From Setoptus koraiensis (lineage: Eukaryota > Animalia > Arthropoda): DNA of 64,000 nucleotides. This document shows, piece after piece, positions 10,855 through 24,200 of the stretch (its first letter is position 1; every line of letters begins with the position of its first letter). The position numbers and the translations under genes were made by a program. The notes below the pieces were generated by a model. The model had not been told where the DNA came from and ran no database searches. It worked only from the letters and a program-made list of their open reading frames with translations. The stretch covers positions 23,250,001 through 23,314,000 of the forward strand of contig CM106585.1 of the NCBI GenBank assembly GCA_048013815.1, written 5' to 3'.

Positions 10855-12417
10855 ATGTGTCTATGTAAGTAATCAAACGAGGGTAACGGATGATGGATTT
10901 GATGAAAAACTAAGGGTTGCAACTATAGATATTGAATAACTATACTGAAAAATACATCAATATACTCCCTAAATAGGTTTAAGCCTGTTCACCGTCTCTT
11001 TGGTGACGTTTCTCTGGCAGTATTTGTGTAAGGATACATACATCACAATTCTTAAGAAAATTTTCAGGTACACGCAGGGCCTTATTGACGAGCAAAGGAA
11101 CGCCAAATATACCAGCAAAAACAACGATCCAATTCGAGAATCGTCAAGTGATGAGGACACTGTATTGATTAGTTCGAAAAAGGAGGCAAGCACAAAACTT
11201 CCTGCTGGTTTTTTGTTCGAAGAGGAAATCAGTGCCCAAGGGCACAAATTTAACATATCCGACGTGTCTATGTTTGTCGAATGCGGTATATCGGCGATTT
11301 TGTACGATCAGGTGGTGGACAGGTTTAGATTTAGTGAACTAGAAACGTGGAACCTGATGACTCGACAGAGCAAAGGCTACCAAAATTTGTCCACGAAGTT
11401 GAAAATAATCTGGCTACTAGGTTTGATTTGGCGCTATTTAATTTTGCTGCCTTACCGAGTTGTCCTAGGTGTATACTCATTTTTTTTGTTCACCTCTCTC
11501 ATATTCGTGGTGGGTTGCATGCCACAGAACATCCAACGAAGCCTTGCTAAATATATAATTCCGTTTTCGTTTCGGATAGCGTTAGGGTGTGTCACTACAA
11601 CACTGCGATTCCACAACAAAAAATTTAAGCCAACGGGTTGTGGAATTTGCGTTGCAAACCATACCACTCCGATAGATTTGGTGTGTATGTCATGTGACAA
11701 TATCTACACTTATGTGGGCCAAAGACATGGAGGTTTTTTGGGTTTTCTGATGTCCCAAGTGTCAACAGTTGTTCCTTGTATGTGGTTCGAGCGAGGTGAC
11801 TACAGAGATCGAAATCTTGTCAGGGAACGAATGAAGGAGGCCGTCGAGTCAGAAACGCTCAAATGTCCGGTATTGATATTTCCGGAAGGAACATGTATTA
11901 ATAACACAGCGGTGCTAATGTTTAGAAAGGGCGCCTTCGAGGTTTGCGACAAAGTTTATCCAGTGGCAATTAAGTATGATTCAGCCTTTGCAGAGCCTTA
12001 CTGGGACCGGAAGTCTATAGGCTTCCTTATTTACGTGTTCTCCATCCTCACTAGCTGGGCCGTAGTGTGCGATTTGTACTACATGCCCCCAATGGAACGT
12101 CTGGTAGGTAGACACAACTAGATAGTTAGGTTATTTCATGATACTGTATCTATCAGGACTCTATATTATTTTATAGTACCCTAAATATTGTTATTTTGAT
12201 TGTTAACCACAAATAACTCTAAATAATTTATCAGGTCGACGAGTCTGGTGAGGAGTTTGCAAATAGGGTAAAGACTGCAGTTGCAAATAAGGTTCAACTA
12301 ACAAGTTTGCAATGGGACGGCGATCTCAAGAGGACTGCTGTCAAGGCAAAATGGACACAGCATCAGCAGGCGGAAATAGCCAAAAGAATACAGAACGGCG
12401 AACTGAACAATTTGTAA
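10855..12417 (+). CDS. GPAT3/GPAT4: Glycerol-3-phosphate acyltransferase 3/4 (AGPAT9/AGPAT6 family); exons 10855-10864, 10977-12103, 12235-12417
   Basis: Acyltransferase motifs NHTTPID (HX4D), WFER and FPEGTC are present. Intron 1 is GTAAGT..TAG (phase 1) and intron 2 is GTAGGT..CAG (phase 0). The last exon reads FANRVKTAVA..LQWDGDLKR, matching the family C-terminus. Confidence 0.92.
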
Positions 12418-12820
12418 GCATCCGTTGTGATGGCCTGAACTTTCCGAGAACGATTCTCTATCTGACAGTTCCTCCGACAAATAAATCAATTTTTGTAGTG
12501 GGGACTCTACATGACGTCTCGCTACTCACATCTTCTCACACCATCTCACTTGTCCCATTTCTTCTCACCAACCACAGCAGAATATCTTTTAGAAAAAACA
12601 CCTATTGGTTAAAATTCCTCCAGCGTTTATCACTGACAAATGTTAGAGATAATAGTTTATGTTTATAAATCGACTATGGTTCAAGTGTTAATTATATCTT
12701 GTGTTATATTTTTTTCATTATTGATTTAATTGCAGACAGCTAGGTACAATTAGGTATATATCTGAAATAAGTTCACTAAATTCAACTGATGATGTAAATC
12801 AACCTATCCGCTAATCTCCT

Positions 12821-13797
<977 letters not shown>

Positions 13798-14066
13798 TTT
13801 AAGGTTTGATTTGATTATAAATCGAAATATGTATCGGATAATGATTATAAATAATTGTAAGAAGATGAGAATAATAACATGTAGCCAGTAAATAAATGTG
13901 AGACATGAAGGACAATATTCAATCTAGCATAACACATGATGTCGATTACTGGCGCCATCTGGCTATTTATGCAGTATCTTCCTCAACATGGCCTTTGCTG
14001 TGGAGCAATCCGATGCTTGTTTTCTCACTCGAAAACTCTTTTCTTCTCACCCCAAGACCTTCACCA

Positions 14067-15692
14067 ATGATGTTTTCGTTTGTAAGATCAATAAGATTGA
14101 CAAATAATTATACTTCTTGTCGTCATCTTTTCACAACAAGCAAATTTCTGCAGAACCAATCGGACATTCTTGAATTAGTTAGACTAGATCGAGATGCGGA
14201 GGAGCTGTTGCGACCCATCGACTTGGGTATTTATCCCAACAACCAGATTGCCGGATCAACTAAACATGGACATAACATATATGTCTGTCAACCCTGGGTC
14301 TCCTATAGCAAACTTAACATTGAAAGTTTGCCCGAACTACAATTAGCCGAATGTGTCTCACTAGGTAACACGATACCCCGCTGGAAAGTTGTAGGAAAAA
14401 GCGTACTTCAATCACACAGGTATGGCATTCTACCAAGAACATCCTCTTATTAAAACAAAAACCAACGTCGTCTCTTTCGCTCATACATTTCACAACATTC
14501 CTCTTCTTATATTAGTTCAAATCGTAAAGATGTTGTTGGAAAGAAATCACTGGAAGATTTGAAGATCCGCCTCTCGCAAATATCTAACGTTTCTGCCATA
14601 TTTTTCGGAGTTGAAGTTCTTAGTGGCATACAGCTGGCAACCTTGGAGAAAGAACTGGAGCTCCCAATCTACGACAGATTCACGGTTGTTCTAAATATTT
14701 TCAGAAATAATGCTACTTCTAAAGAAGCTAGACTACAGATAGCGCTGGCTGAGATTCCTTATATAAGGTCACACCTGCGACAAATTCATGAAAGTGCCGT
14801 TAGTACTTCTACTAATGAACCTTGGAAAGATTTAGTAGGTGGCTCCGGCGATACATATTATCACAAGAGACTAGCCATACTCAAACAACGAGAAATTAAA
14901 ATCAACAGCCTGCTGACTGATCTCAAGACTCGACGAAATATAACCAAAAAGTCAAGAAAAAAGAAACTGGTGCCAACTATTGCAATTGTCGGCTACACAA
15001 ATAGCGGTAAAACTAGCTTGATCAAAGCCATCACAAACGATGAAAGATTAGTCCCTAAAGATCAATTATTTGCTACTTTAGACGTAACTGGATATTTTGG
15101 ACAGCTCCCATCTACTCGATCTGCCATCTTTTTAGATACAATAGGATTCATATCAAGAGTACCAGACCTACTGATAAAATCGTTTGACACTACATTATCG
15201 GAGATGAGAGAATGCGACCTTCTAGTCCATGTTCAAGATATCAACCATCCAGACCATAGATTACAGAAAGCAACAGTTCTAAAAACTCTTAACTCAATAT
15301 CCATACCGAAGGCAAAAATTAAATCCATGCTGACGATTGGGAATAAAGCTGACCTGATTGGAAGCTCAACCGACGAGTTGCCTGATTGTGATCTGCTTGT
15401 TTCAGTGAAGACTGGTTACAACATGGAAGCTTTAATCAATCTGCTAGATGAAAAGATTGTAGAGGCTCTCAGTAAACAAACGATCAAGCTCAAAGTGCTC
15501 ACAGGTGGAGATGAGTATAGATGGTTAAGAAAATTCGCAAACATCCAACAACAAGATTTAGATAGCGAGGACCAAAATTACTCAGTCTGTAGCGTAATTT
15601 TATCCCAGGCAGAGCTTGGAAAGTACAAAAAGTTGTTTGGTAACGATACTGTTATCGAAGATGTCGAATGGATGAATGAAGAGGGTGACTGA
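14067..15692 (+). CDS. GTPBP6: HflX-family GTPase, mitochondrial GTPBP6; exons 14067-14419, 14516-15692
   Basis: G1 GYTNSGKTS, LFATLD, DTIGF and NKAD are present, plus the HflX motif LQIALAEIPY. One 96-nt GTATGG..TAG phase-2 intron joins the two ORFs in frame. MMFSFVRSIRL looks like a mitochondrial presequence, so 14067 is preferred to 13905 as the start. Confidence 0.9.
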
Positions 15693-16007
15693 GGGAGAAA
15701 GAAATCAAATCTTCAAGGAACACATCTTGCTCAGAAGGATCGAACAAAACAAATGGTAACTTAGGAAGTAGTGATAAGAACCTAATACTTGGTGATATCT
15801 CATCTACCATTCTTAAACGAACAAGTTCGTAATGCCTACTGGAGGTGACGAGTATATTTAATTGAGATCATTCGCAAATATATAACTGCAGGGTTTGATA
15901 AGGATGATCTGTATTATACAGTATGCAGAGTGATCATGTTCCAAGCAGAATTTGGAGAAGTAGAATATAAGTAGAATTCTAGTGAAGGTACTGTTGTCCA
16001 AGGTGAC

Positions 16008-17120
16008 CTATTCCTCGGCGCTCGCTATTGAGCTAGATCTAAATGTAAATTTTTTACCAACAATATCTTTGGTAGTGTAAGTTGAGGTTGCAGTAGTTCT
16101 TAGGCATGTCAGCAAGCCAAGTCCAAGGCCCTGTATGAATAAAATAAGTGCCTGGGACACTTTATGTGGTTGTTCATCTAATGTCATACCACAATCGAAT
16201 AATTTCATCCAGGATGATCTTTCTGGATTTAAGCGACTGTTCATGGTGATCAAATCGTCCAGATAAGGAGAATCATTGCCACACATAAGAAGGCAGCTGC
16301 ATTCTAGCTGTCCCTTGTCTGAATTGCGATCTAGACCGATGTCTGTACGTTGTATGTATTTTTCTATGAGCAAGGCTAGATTTCTCGGGTTAATCTTGAG
16401 AGGGTAACTTGAAAAGTACGATTTGTATGTATTGACCAGGTCTATGCATCGATCTGAGGCGTCTGAACCAAAGTGATGCCAAATGAGATAGTCCAAAATA
16501 GACTGAGGAAAGGGTGTCTTGTTTGACATGTCATCCGTGTTCAGAGCAGCTGAATAGCAGTTTAGATAATACATGTTCCATTTTTGGTAGCCCCATTCCA
16601 CCCAGCCAGCTGAAGTTGACACAGGATTAATAAGAAATAGTCCATCTATCAATTGTGGTTGCATTATGGCAAACCTAGTCAAAACGTTAGCTCCGACACC
16701 TGTGCCAAAACCAATACTATGCCTAATACGGTAATGAGTGCAGACATGATAGACTATATCAGCCAATTGATCCATCGTTGGATACACATAATCTGCTGGC
16801 AAGTCGTGAGCGCCTTCCTCTTGTCCTGGTGCATTGATATGAAATACTGTCATTCGTTCTAATAAAGGTTTCAATGCTTGATAATTGAAGAAAGATTGGA
16901 AATTCGAGATGTAGTTGAGTCCGAGATCATGAAAAGTTATGATGACATGTCGACTAGAATCGGGAAAATAATTGGCCTCATGTCTGGCCACTAGAACTGG
17001 CCCGTACTCCGTGTCAATGAACTCCTCAATATAGTCTACACCGTTACTTGAATCTCTTTCAAATCTCTTGCCTGTAAGAAGTTTTTGAGAATCTACTACA
17101 AGTAGTTCGCAGTCATCCAT
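16008..17120 (-). CDS. NDRG: NDRG family protein (MESK2-like, non-catalytic alpha/beta-hydrolase fold)
   Basis: Family motifs ITFHDLGLN, HINAPGQEEGA, YPTMDQLA, GFGTGVGANVL and WVEWGYQK are present. The ATG at 17120 gives MDDCEL. Additional upstream exons are possible. Confidence 0.9.
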   Translation of the reverse strand: MDDCELLVVDSQKLLTGKRFERDSSNGVDYIEEFIDTEYGPVLVARHEANYFPDSSRHVIITFHDLGLNYISNFQSFFNYQALKPLLERMTVFHINAPGQEEGAHDLPADYVYPTMDQLADIVYHVCTHYRIRHSIGFGTGVGANVLTRFAIMQPQLIDGLFLINPVSTSAGWVEWGYQKWNMYYLNCYSAALNTDDMSNKTPFPQSILDYLIWHHFGSDASDRCIDLVNTYKSYFSSYPLKINPRNLALLIEKYIQRTDIGLDRNSDKGQLECSCLLMCGNDSPYLDDLITMNSRLNPERSSWMKLFDCGMTLDEQPHKVSQALILFIQGLGLGLLTCLRTTATSTYTTKDIVGKKFTFRSSSIASAEE

Positions 17121-17929
17121 ATTTAAAGTATGCACAATATATTGTAAATAATACTTGTAACGATATTAATTAGATGCTATTTTAGATAAATTATTGATTG
17201 CACAATTATTTACAGTTATTACATAATATTGTGTAGTGCATCACTGCCGAATATCTGCTACCTTCAACAGTTCATTCATTCATTTGCACATGCTAGCTGA
17301 ATCTAGCTCTGTGCTCACAGGACTACACCACTTTCTTTTCCATAGAGAGTGGTGCGAGATTTGGGCAGTCACCAGGGAAGTCGACATGTAGCGTCATCTG
17401 GTGTGAAACATCACACGCGAATATTCATTCACGCCTCACTTTATATCCGCATGTTAATACGCGTGTATAGGCAGCATTGCTACTGTGACCCTTAATCAAA
17501 GGCGGTTCAAAGCGTGCCTTTAGGTATATAAATAAACGATGACCACTATTAATTAATTCAATACATATCGTCAGCTCTGATGGGACGGCATTTGTTACTG
17601 GTGGAAAATGTGCTATCTGTATCCACTCTTATACAATAAATAATCCGATACAAAAGGAAGGTAAGTTTTGTTGAATAACTCCAACTCAATTTCCATTGCC
17701 TGGACGCAAGTAACTAGCTACGGGTTCTTGATACCTCACCATCATGGTACCTTCCTGAGGCTTGCAAAATCAAATGACAATCTGTTTGAGGCTTCACTTT
17801 CGTGTTATTGAAAGCAAGTCATAGAAAGAATTGTACATCTTTCATTCTACGACCAGCTGGCATCAATTAAGATGCATATTATTCATCACACTTACCATAT
17901 TTACATTCCATCATCATTATCAGTATATC

Positions 17930-18442
17930 CGCTATTCGGCAGCCCAAAGGAACGGGGGAAAATAATGATAAGGACAACTTCACACTCAAGGGCGTCGGAA
18001 AGCTCTTGGAGCCGGCGAGAATGGTGACGAGAGGAACAAGAGCTTGAGGAATTCAATGGAAATTCTGATAAGAAGCGAAACAATTTTGACCCCGACGAGA
18101 ACTCATGAGATGACGAAGGTGATGATGCAAACTCTTATCGTGTTTGTACTGCCTTCACAATGTAGTGATGCTGAAGGCGGTACAGATTCAACTAAAGTCC
18201 ATGTTCGTCAAGAGTAAAACTATGGAAATCCTGAAGAGGACCACCCCCCTGAAGTTTATGGTGAACTAAAAGGAGAGGATGGCGTCGACTCCCATGATTT
18301 ACCCGCAACAGATTCTAATAAAGCTACTATAAAGAAGGAAAAATTAGAAAATGGCACTGACCACTCAATTGAAGTGGACGAAAACAAGGCCGGCGGCGAT
18401 GAGTTACCAGATTTTGTAGTTGTAGTTGCAATGGAATGTTAA
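17930..18442 (+). pseudogene. Decayed acidic coding-like sequence
   Basis: Purine-rich, codon-like D/E/N/G/K sequence broken by frameshifts and stops. The longest intact tract is 18218-18442 (NYGNPEEDHPPEVYGELKGEDGVD..) and has no start codon. Confidence 0.35.
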
Positions 18443-21127
18443 CAGATGGCGCTCACTGACGGGCCCGATTTTGGAGGATCCCAGTCGGTAATCTCTCGCC
18501 CCGGTCACACTAACTAGTGTAGGCGATGCTACCATCAGAATGGTATGAAAACATGTTCACAAAGAGACTAGACACTAACTTGTATACTCTTCATGTTGAA
18601 ACTTACCAAATGTTACCTCTGTCGGCTCTCTGCCAGCCGCGCCAGCCGATAGCAACTTGTGACAAACTAAATATGATTCATTCATTTCTACTTGTATGAT
18701 AAATAATAGATGGGTGAATTTCCGTTTTATTTCCCCTTCATGATCAATCAATTTTCGTTGTTGTGGATGAGCGTGTACTTACATCAATTTGAGAGAGAAT
18801 ATATGAAGTTTGTGGTCAATTTTAGATTGCCACTTCTTGATTTGTTTGAACTGATTCGGTTTGATACACTATTGAAAGTTCTATGTTTGTCACAAAGCAG
18901 CAACTTGAATATCTAAGCATATGTGTCTGTGTTACTTCCGTCTGTCCTTTATACAAGAGATGACCACTAACCAAATGCATATTGGCTGATATATACAGTG
19001 GTCCACTGTCAGTGGACAAGTTTATTGCTACTGTTCTGATAGATCTCTGCTGTTTCTCTACCAGTAAGCATGCAATGATTCTGCGATGAATCATGGCTGC
19101 TGGTGAATCTCGGAAAGGAAAGAGAGGCGAAATGGCATGACGTGTGGTGCTGTGGTCACTCTTTCTCGCAGATATGTCAAGTTCAATTGAAGTTATCAAT
19201 TAAAACTCGCCCAATCGGAACTCACAGATGCCGTTATTTACAGGGGACAAATCCAGCAGAGAGGGGGGGGGGTATCCTCATTGTGTCAATATTGATCTCC
19301 ATATGATATCTGAGCGGAACGCAGTTTAGTTTACGATGTATGATGGATCAGTTGAATTGATGGGGTTACGAGCAATGAAAGTTACAAAATAAGTCGTTAT
19401 GCTCAATATGTTGCGAATAGATGATCGAAAATCAATATCAATTTTAGTCCAATGCCGGTAAATTACGGTCATCAGTCATATAACATTTGTTATGCATAGC
19501 ATAGCATACAATATGTTACATAATACGTATACTTACTGTGCCATTGTGGCATACGAGTGAAATATAAGTTTTCAACAATGTCATTGAACAAACCAAGCAA
19601 CCAAATACAATATTCATGCGGGCACGAGCATTAACTAGTGGCTTATGCATCCTTTTATGCAATCACTTACATTATTCAGTAGGTAATGGTGATGAGAATG
19701 ATGACTTAATTGTCGCAACGACTCTCTTGGCAATTAAGTACAGTTGTTGCAATGACAATATATTCAAATGAGCTGTTATTGTTCATTGTGTGTCGCCTAA
19801 TTACATACGTAAATGCGCCCACAAGCCAATAGTGTTTTGTGTGTTGGCCGTTTTCGCTCATTTATAATCATTGCATTATCAGGCAACTATACAACAACTA
19901 CTATCTCTCTTTCTGTCTGTGTCTGTGTCCCTCTCATTCTCTTGATATAATAATAATGCACGCCTAATGGTTACGTGGCCATTGTTTATAATCAGCGTCT
20001 CGCCAAGTGTGTGTGTGTGTGTGTGCGTGTGATTTGCCGAATTGCAGATATTAGACGAGATTAGATTGTCACCGTTATTATTATTACCCTAAGATAGTAA
20101 TAATAATGCCATACACACACCGCGACACTATTACACTTGCAACCAACTGACTGTGTGTTACGTAACACTGAAAGTAATACTACATAGTACATTTGAGTTA
20201 CGTTTACTGTTACCACCAGAGGCCACAACTTGGCAGGCGTTGCTTGATGCATTTTTGCTAGGCTGGTATTATCGTGGGTTACTCTGGTGCCTAATCGTAA
20301 ACGTCATTGAGCGTCATTTGGTACTTAGAGGACGCAGCTAAGTCATTGTGTGGCTATACTAACTATCAACAGTAGAGCGTGTTTGCTTGTGTGAGATATG
20401 CATTTATGTGACTCATTTCAATAGGCAATAAGGCTCTCGTTCACTCAATAACAGAAACCATAAACCATATAGCACCCATTACTAGCTAACCAACGAGCGG
20501 GCCAAAGTAAGTGGCGTGTATGTTTATCTCTGTCTCTCGCATTCGCTGTCTATATCTCTATAACTCATCTGTCGCCCTCTCTCTGGTTAGTTGGCACCAG
20601 TTAGTTGCCACCAGCATCTAACCAGAATGCGTGGGCGTGCCTAACAATAGCTATGCTACAACCAGGCACACATTGAGCAACATCAAATTGACAATGATGA
20701 TGCTTCGCTTAACAAAAACCAACTGTCTATGTTCACAGTTGTTTTTTGTCGGTATTGCGTCGCGACTACACTATTGATGCTCGCGCGAGTGTATCTGTCT
20801 ATTCAGTGCAGGCCAGTGCAAGAGAGATTAGAATTATGACAACTCGAAAATGAGCAACACACATTGCGTAACTGCAAAGATAACTGGTCAGTGGCGACGC
20901 GACCGGCACCGATGACCGACACGAACACAAATGTAGCCGCTCGGTTTGCCCGCTTGGCGCGTTGCAAAATAATTTAAGCGAATAAATATGAATATAAAAT
21001 GAAATAAATATATATCTGCACACCGAGGATGGCAATGGCATTTTGCACAATTTGCGCGCGTATGCTCTTTTCTCTCTGGCCGCTGTCCTCCAACCTGCAG
21101 CCTAATGCATATTTCAATTCTTACGCA

Positions 21128-21171
21128 ACAGAAACAGAAACAGCACCAACAGCACCAACAGCAACAACAGC

Positions 21172-21202
<31 letters not shown>

Positions 21203-21240
21203 GCGGCAACAACAACAATGGCAACGACGACGACGACGAC
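21128..21240. repeat. Compound (CAA/CAG/GAC)n microsatellite
   Basis: Directly visible; it generates the spurious polyQ/polyT/polyC ORFs in the track. Confidence 0.95.
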
Positions 21241-24200
21241 ATAATTCAAATAGCATCAGCAGCAGCAGTTACCTTCAGCTGGCAAGACAGGGCGCACCAT
21301 GCACACACGACCAACATACATTATCTTGCATAATTTATAAACCCCCGCAACTCACCTGAGCTGCGCGCCACTTGGCCACAACACGCGGCCGAGCGCAGGT
21401 GAACGCAGTCTGATTGCTGTGGGCGCTTGCGCCTAGCGTCTAGCCGCACTCGACAGTCGCATTTCCGTCTCAAACCGCAGTGAGCGATGTGCGCCAAAAA
21501 CCTGATTACTACGCTCCCCCTTTTTTTTTTCGTCGTAGTTATCTTGTTGTTGTTTTTATTGTCGTCGTTGCGGTTGTTGTAGCTCGCAAATATGGCCAAC
21601 AATAAAACTATTGCTTTTGTTCATTTCGAACAACAATCCAGTTGTTGGTTATTTGTTTGCACCCGGCGAGGGTATCTTGTTACACACAACACCGTGCCTA
21701 ACTAAATTTCATAATTAAATTTTCGCTCTCACTCACTCATTGCACGGTTTAATTAGTTGAATGCAAACAGCAATCATTTATAATTAATGAACGACATTCT
21801 TGATTAACTGCGAGCCTAATTATCTATTATCGTGACCGCTGTCTGTATTCAGCTGTGTCATTGGTCGGCTGTTTTTGTTGCTATTTCTGTTGCTATTTCT
21901 GTCGTTGGCGCGCACAAAAATAAATTTAGCCACTGCAACGACTTATCAACTATTGTCGAGTGACCCACGAAAGAGACTCCAAGCTGGCCAAGCGATGACC
22001 AAGAAATTCAACAAGGAGTTACGGTCGCGATTTGGTCGCTTTTCTGACATCAACGCGACAATTTTGTCACAATCAGAGGGTCAACGATGGTCACAGCAAG
22101 CTCTGTGGCTACATTTTATCTGTGTGTGAGAAAAAAAAAATCTGCTTATTTCTTGATCTTGTCCCTCGTTAGAAACGTGTCCAATATTGAGCCTCATATA
22201 CGTGACCTCTTACTCTCTCTCTCTCTCTGGCTCTCACTATCCAAATATTTTCTTTTACTACCTTTGTTGTGCGCGCTATTGCTGCTCGCTCTATTAGACC
22301 CATTTCTGGCTAAAGCACCCAAGCGACCATCACTGGGCCGACATTTGCACTGGCTGTCTTGTCATAATAATAATAATTCATCCTTGATAATGCCTACATT
22401 ATTGTGTGTCTGTGTCCCATGAACATGACTCGCCTCCAAGGAAAGCACCAAAAAAGAAATATGAAAATATCACTTACATGGCACGAGAATAACGAGAACA
22501 TTTTTAGAGCAAACCATTGAAAACTTTTTCTTCTACTTACAAATATTATATAATGTTAGTCGTGACGTAATACACCGGTGATATGATGATATCATTACGA
22601 TCGCGACACACATGCGCATTATGGAAGCTGTGTTGGCAGTGTTCGTTTCTTCTAAATTCTCGATAATACGCCGCTACTTTTGGGCCCCTTATGTTGGGTC
22701 ATGCGCATTGTCCGTCGCAATGCTATCCGTTCAACGCTATCAGTTGAATTCAGTTTGGTTAGACACACACGCGCTCAAGACCCGATATATCGACTCAAGA
22801 TAACGCTTAATGTTATTATATAAATGGCATTTGCATTGCGACAATGATTACAAGCACACCCAAGCACCCGCAAACAATAATCCAGCATACACACATGAAT
22901 GATATTACATAACTATCTTATCTAGCTTAGTTATCCTATTATTTGATTGTTTTGTTCCTTCGGTGGCGCTCCTTCTTCCATAGCGTCGTTGTCGTTGAAA
23001 GTGACGACAGGTGGAACTGTATCAAGATCTCATTCGCATATTCAGATGACGACAAAGTGTCAAGGTGTTGATTGTGAGAGCGTTCCATCGGACGTCCGCA
23101 ATGTGAGACTGTGTTACGAGCAAAAACAAAGTATTAGTAAATTAGTATTATCAAGTTTGGCTGTCAAGTGAAATAGTAAGTGCACAAAATCACATCTAGA
23201 AGAAAAAGAAAAAATTAAATCGAAGATTATGCAAGACTTGACTGGCGTATAAAATGATGCAAGCGATTACATCGAAGATTAATCACAAGTGATAGAAGAG
23301 AAGAAAGCAATCGCAATTCATGATTAATTATGAAATTAAAAATTGCAATCATCAGTATACTAATTAATCGACCAATTAATCAATTGTATTGAGTAAGCAT
23401 ACAAGTAGTTGCAATATACAAACTTGATTGATGATAGACAACGAGAAAAACCAGTGAGAACAACAATCACATCTATTCGACAATTATATCTAATAACTAG
23501 TCCATGTTGAGACTGCACGTAAACAAGTGTAAGTATTTCGGCATATCCGAATAAAATTCAAAATCTGAATGTGATTGAAATTTGTGAGCCGGCAACCATA
23601 GATTTTGGCAATGCGTAGATCATACGGAACCAATCAACAAATACAGATCACGCCAACAGCCGATTGGGGCCAGCATCATGCTTGCTTAACAGCCAACAGA
23701 TCGACTGCTTCCAATGTCAATTATATTTTTTTCCTCTTCGTTACAAGCTGATGTTAGTGTAACTTGATTCAGCTAGTGTGTGATGTGAATTAAATGAAAC
23801 CACAATTATTTTTGGCAAGCTCCCAATGCTCAAACTATTAATAACAGCAACGACATTCATTACTATGGGTGATGACGGCCATCGAATGGTCAGTCGGTCG
23901 AGTTGATTGTGCACCGATTGTTGGGCTCCGCGCCCCACATAATCTAACGCAATCCGATAGCGTAACCCGAAATTGTCGGAAGCACTGCGATGGAACGGGC
24001 AAGATATATGTGTGACAACTATATTAACTTTTTGTTTGCACTTGCCCCCTTTCCTATGTTTGCTGTTTGTGCTGTCTAGCCAGTGGCTGCAAAACAAAAC
24101 AATTGTGTTCTCACACTTGCCACTACAATTAAAGCATAATATCTCAACTCTGTGCTCAATATAATCTGCTTGTTGTTGAGACTTTTTCGGTAAGACTTTT

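Noticed and set aside
13905-14066. 54-aa N-terminal extension of GTPBP6
   Set aside because: It overlaps the shared promoter region, and the downstream Met gives a better mitochondrial presequence.
18822-19199. STDSGPLYIS resembling the integrase SDNGPxF motif
   Set aside because: The flanking residues do not fit an integrase core, and no other LTR-element features are present.
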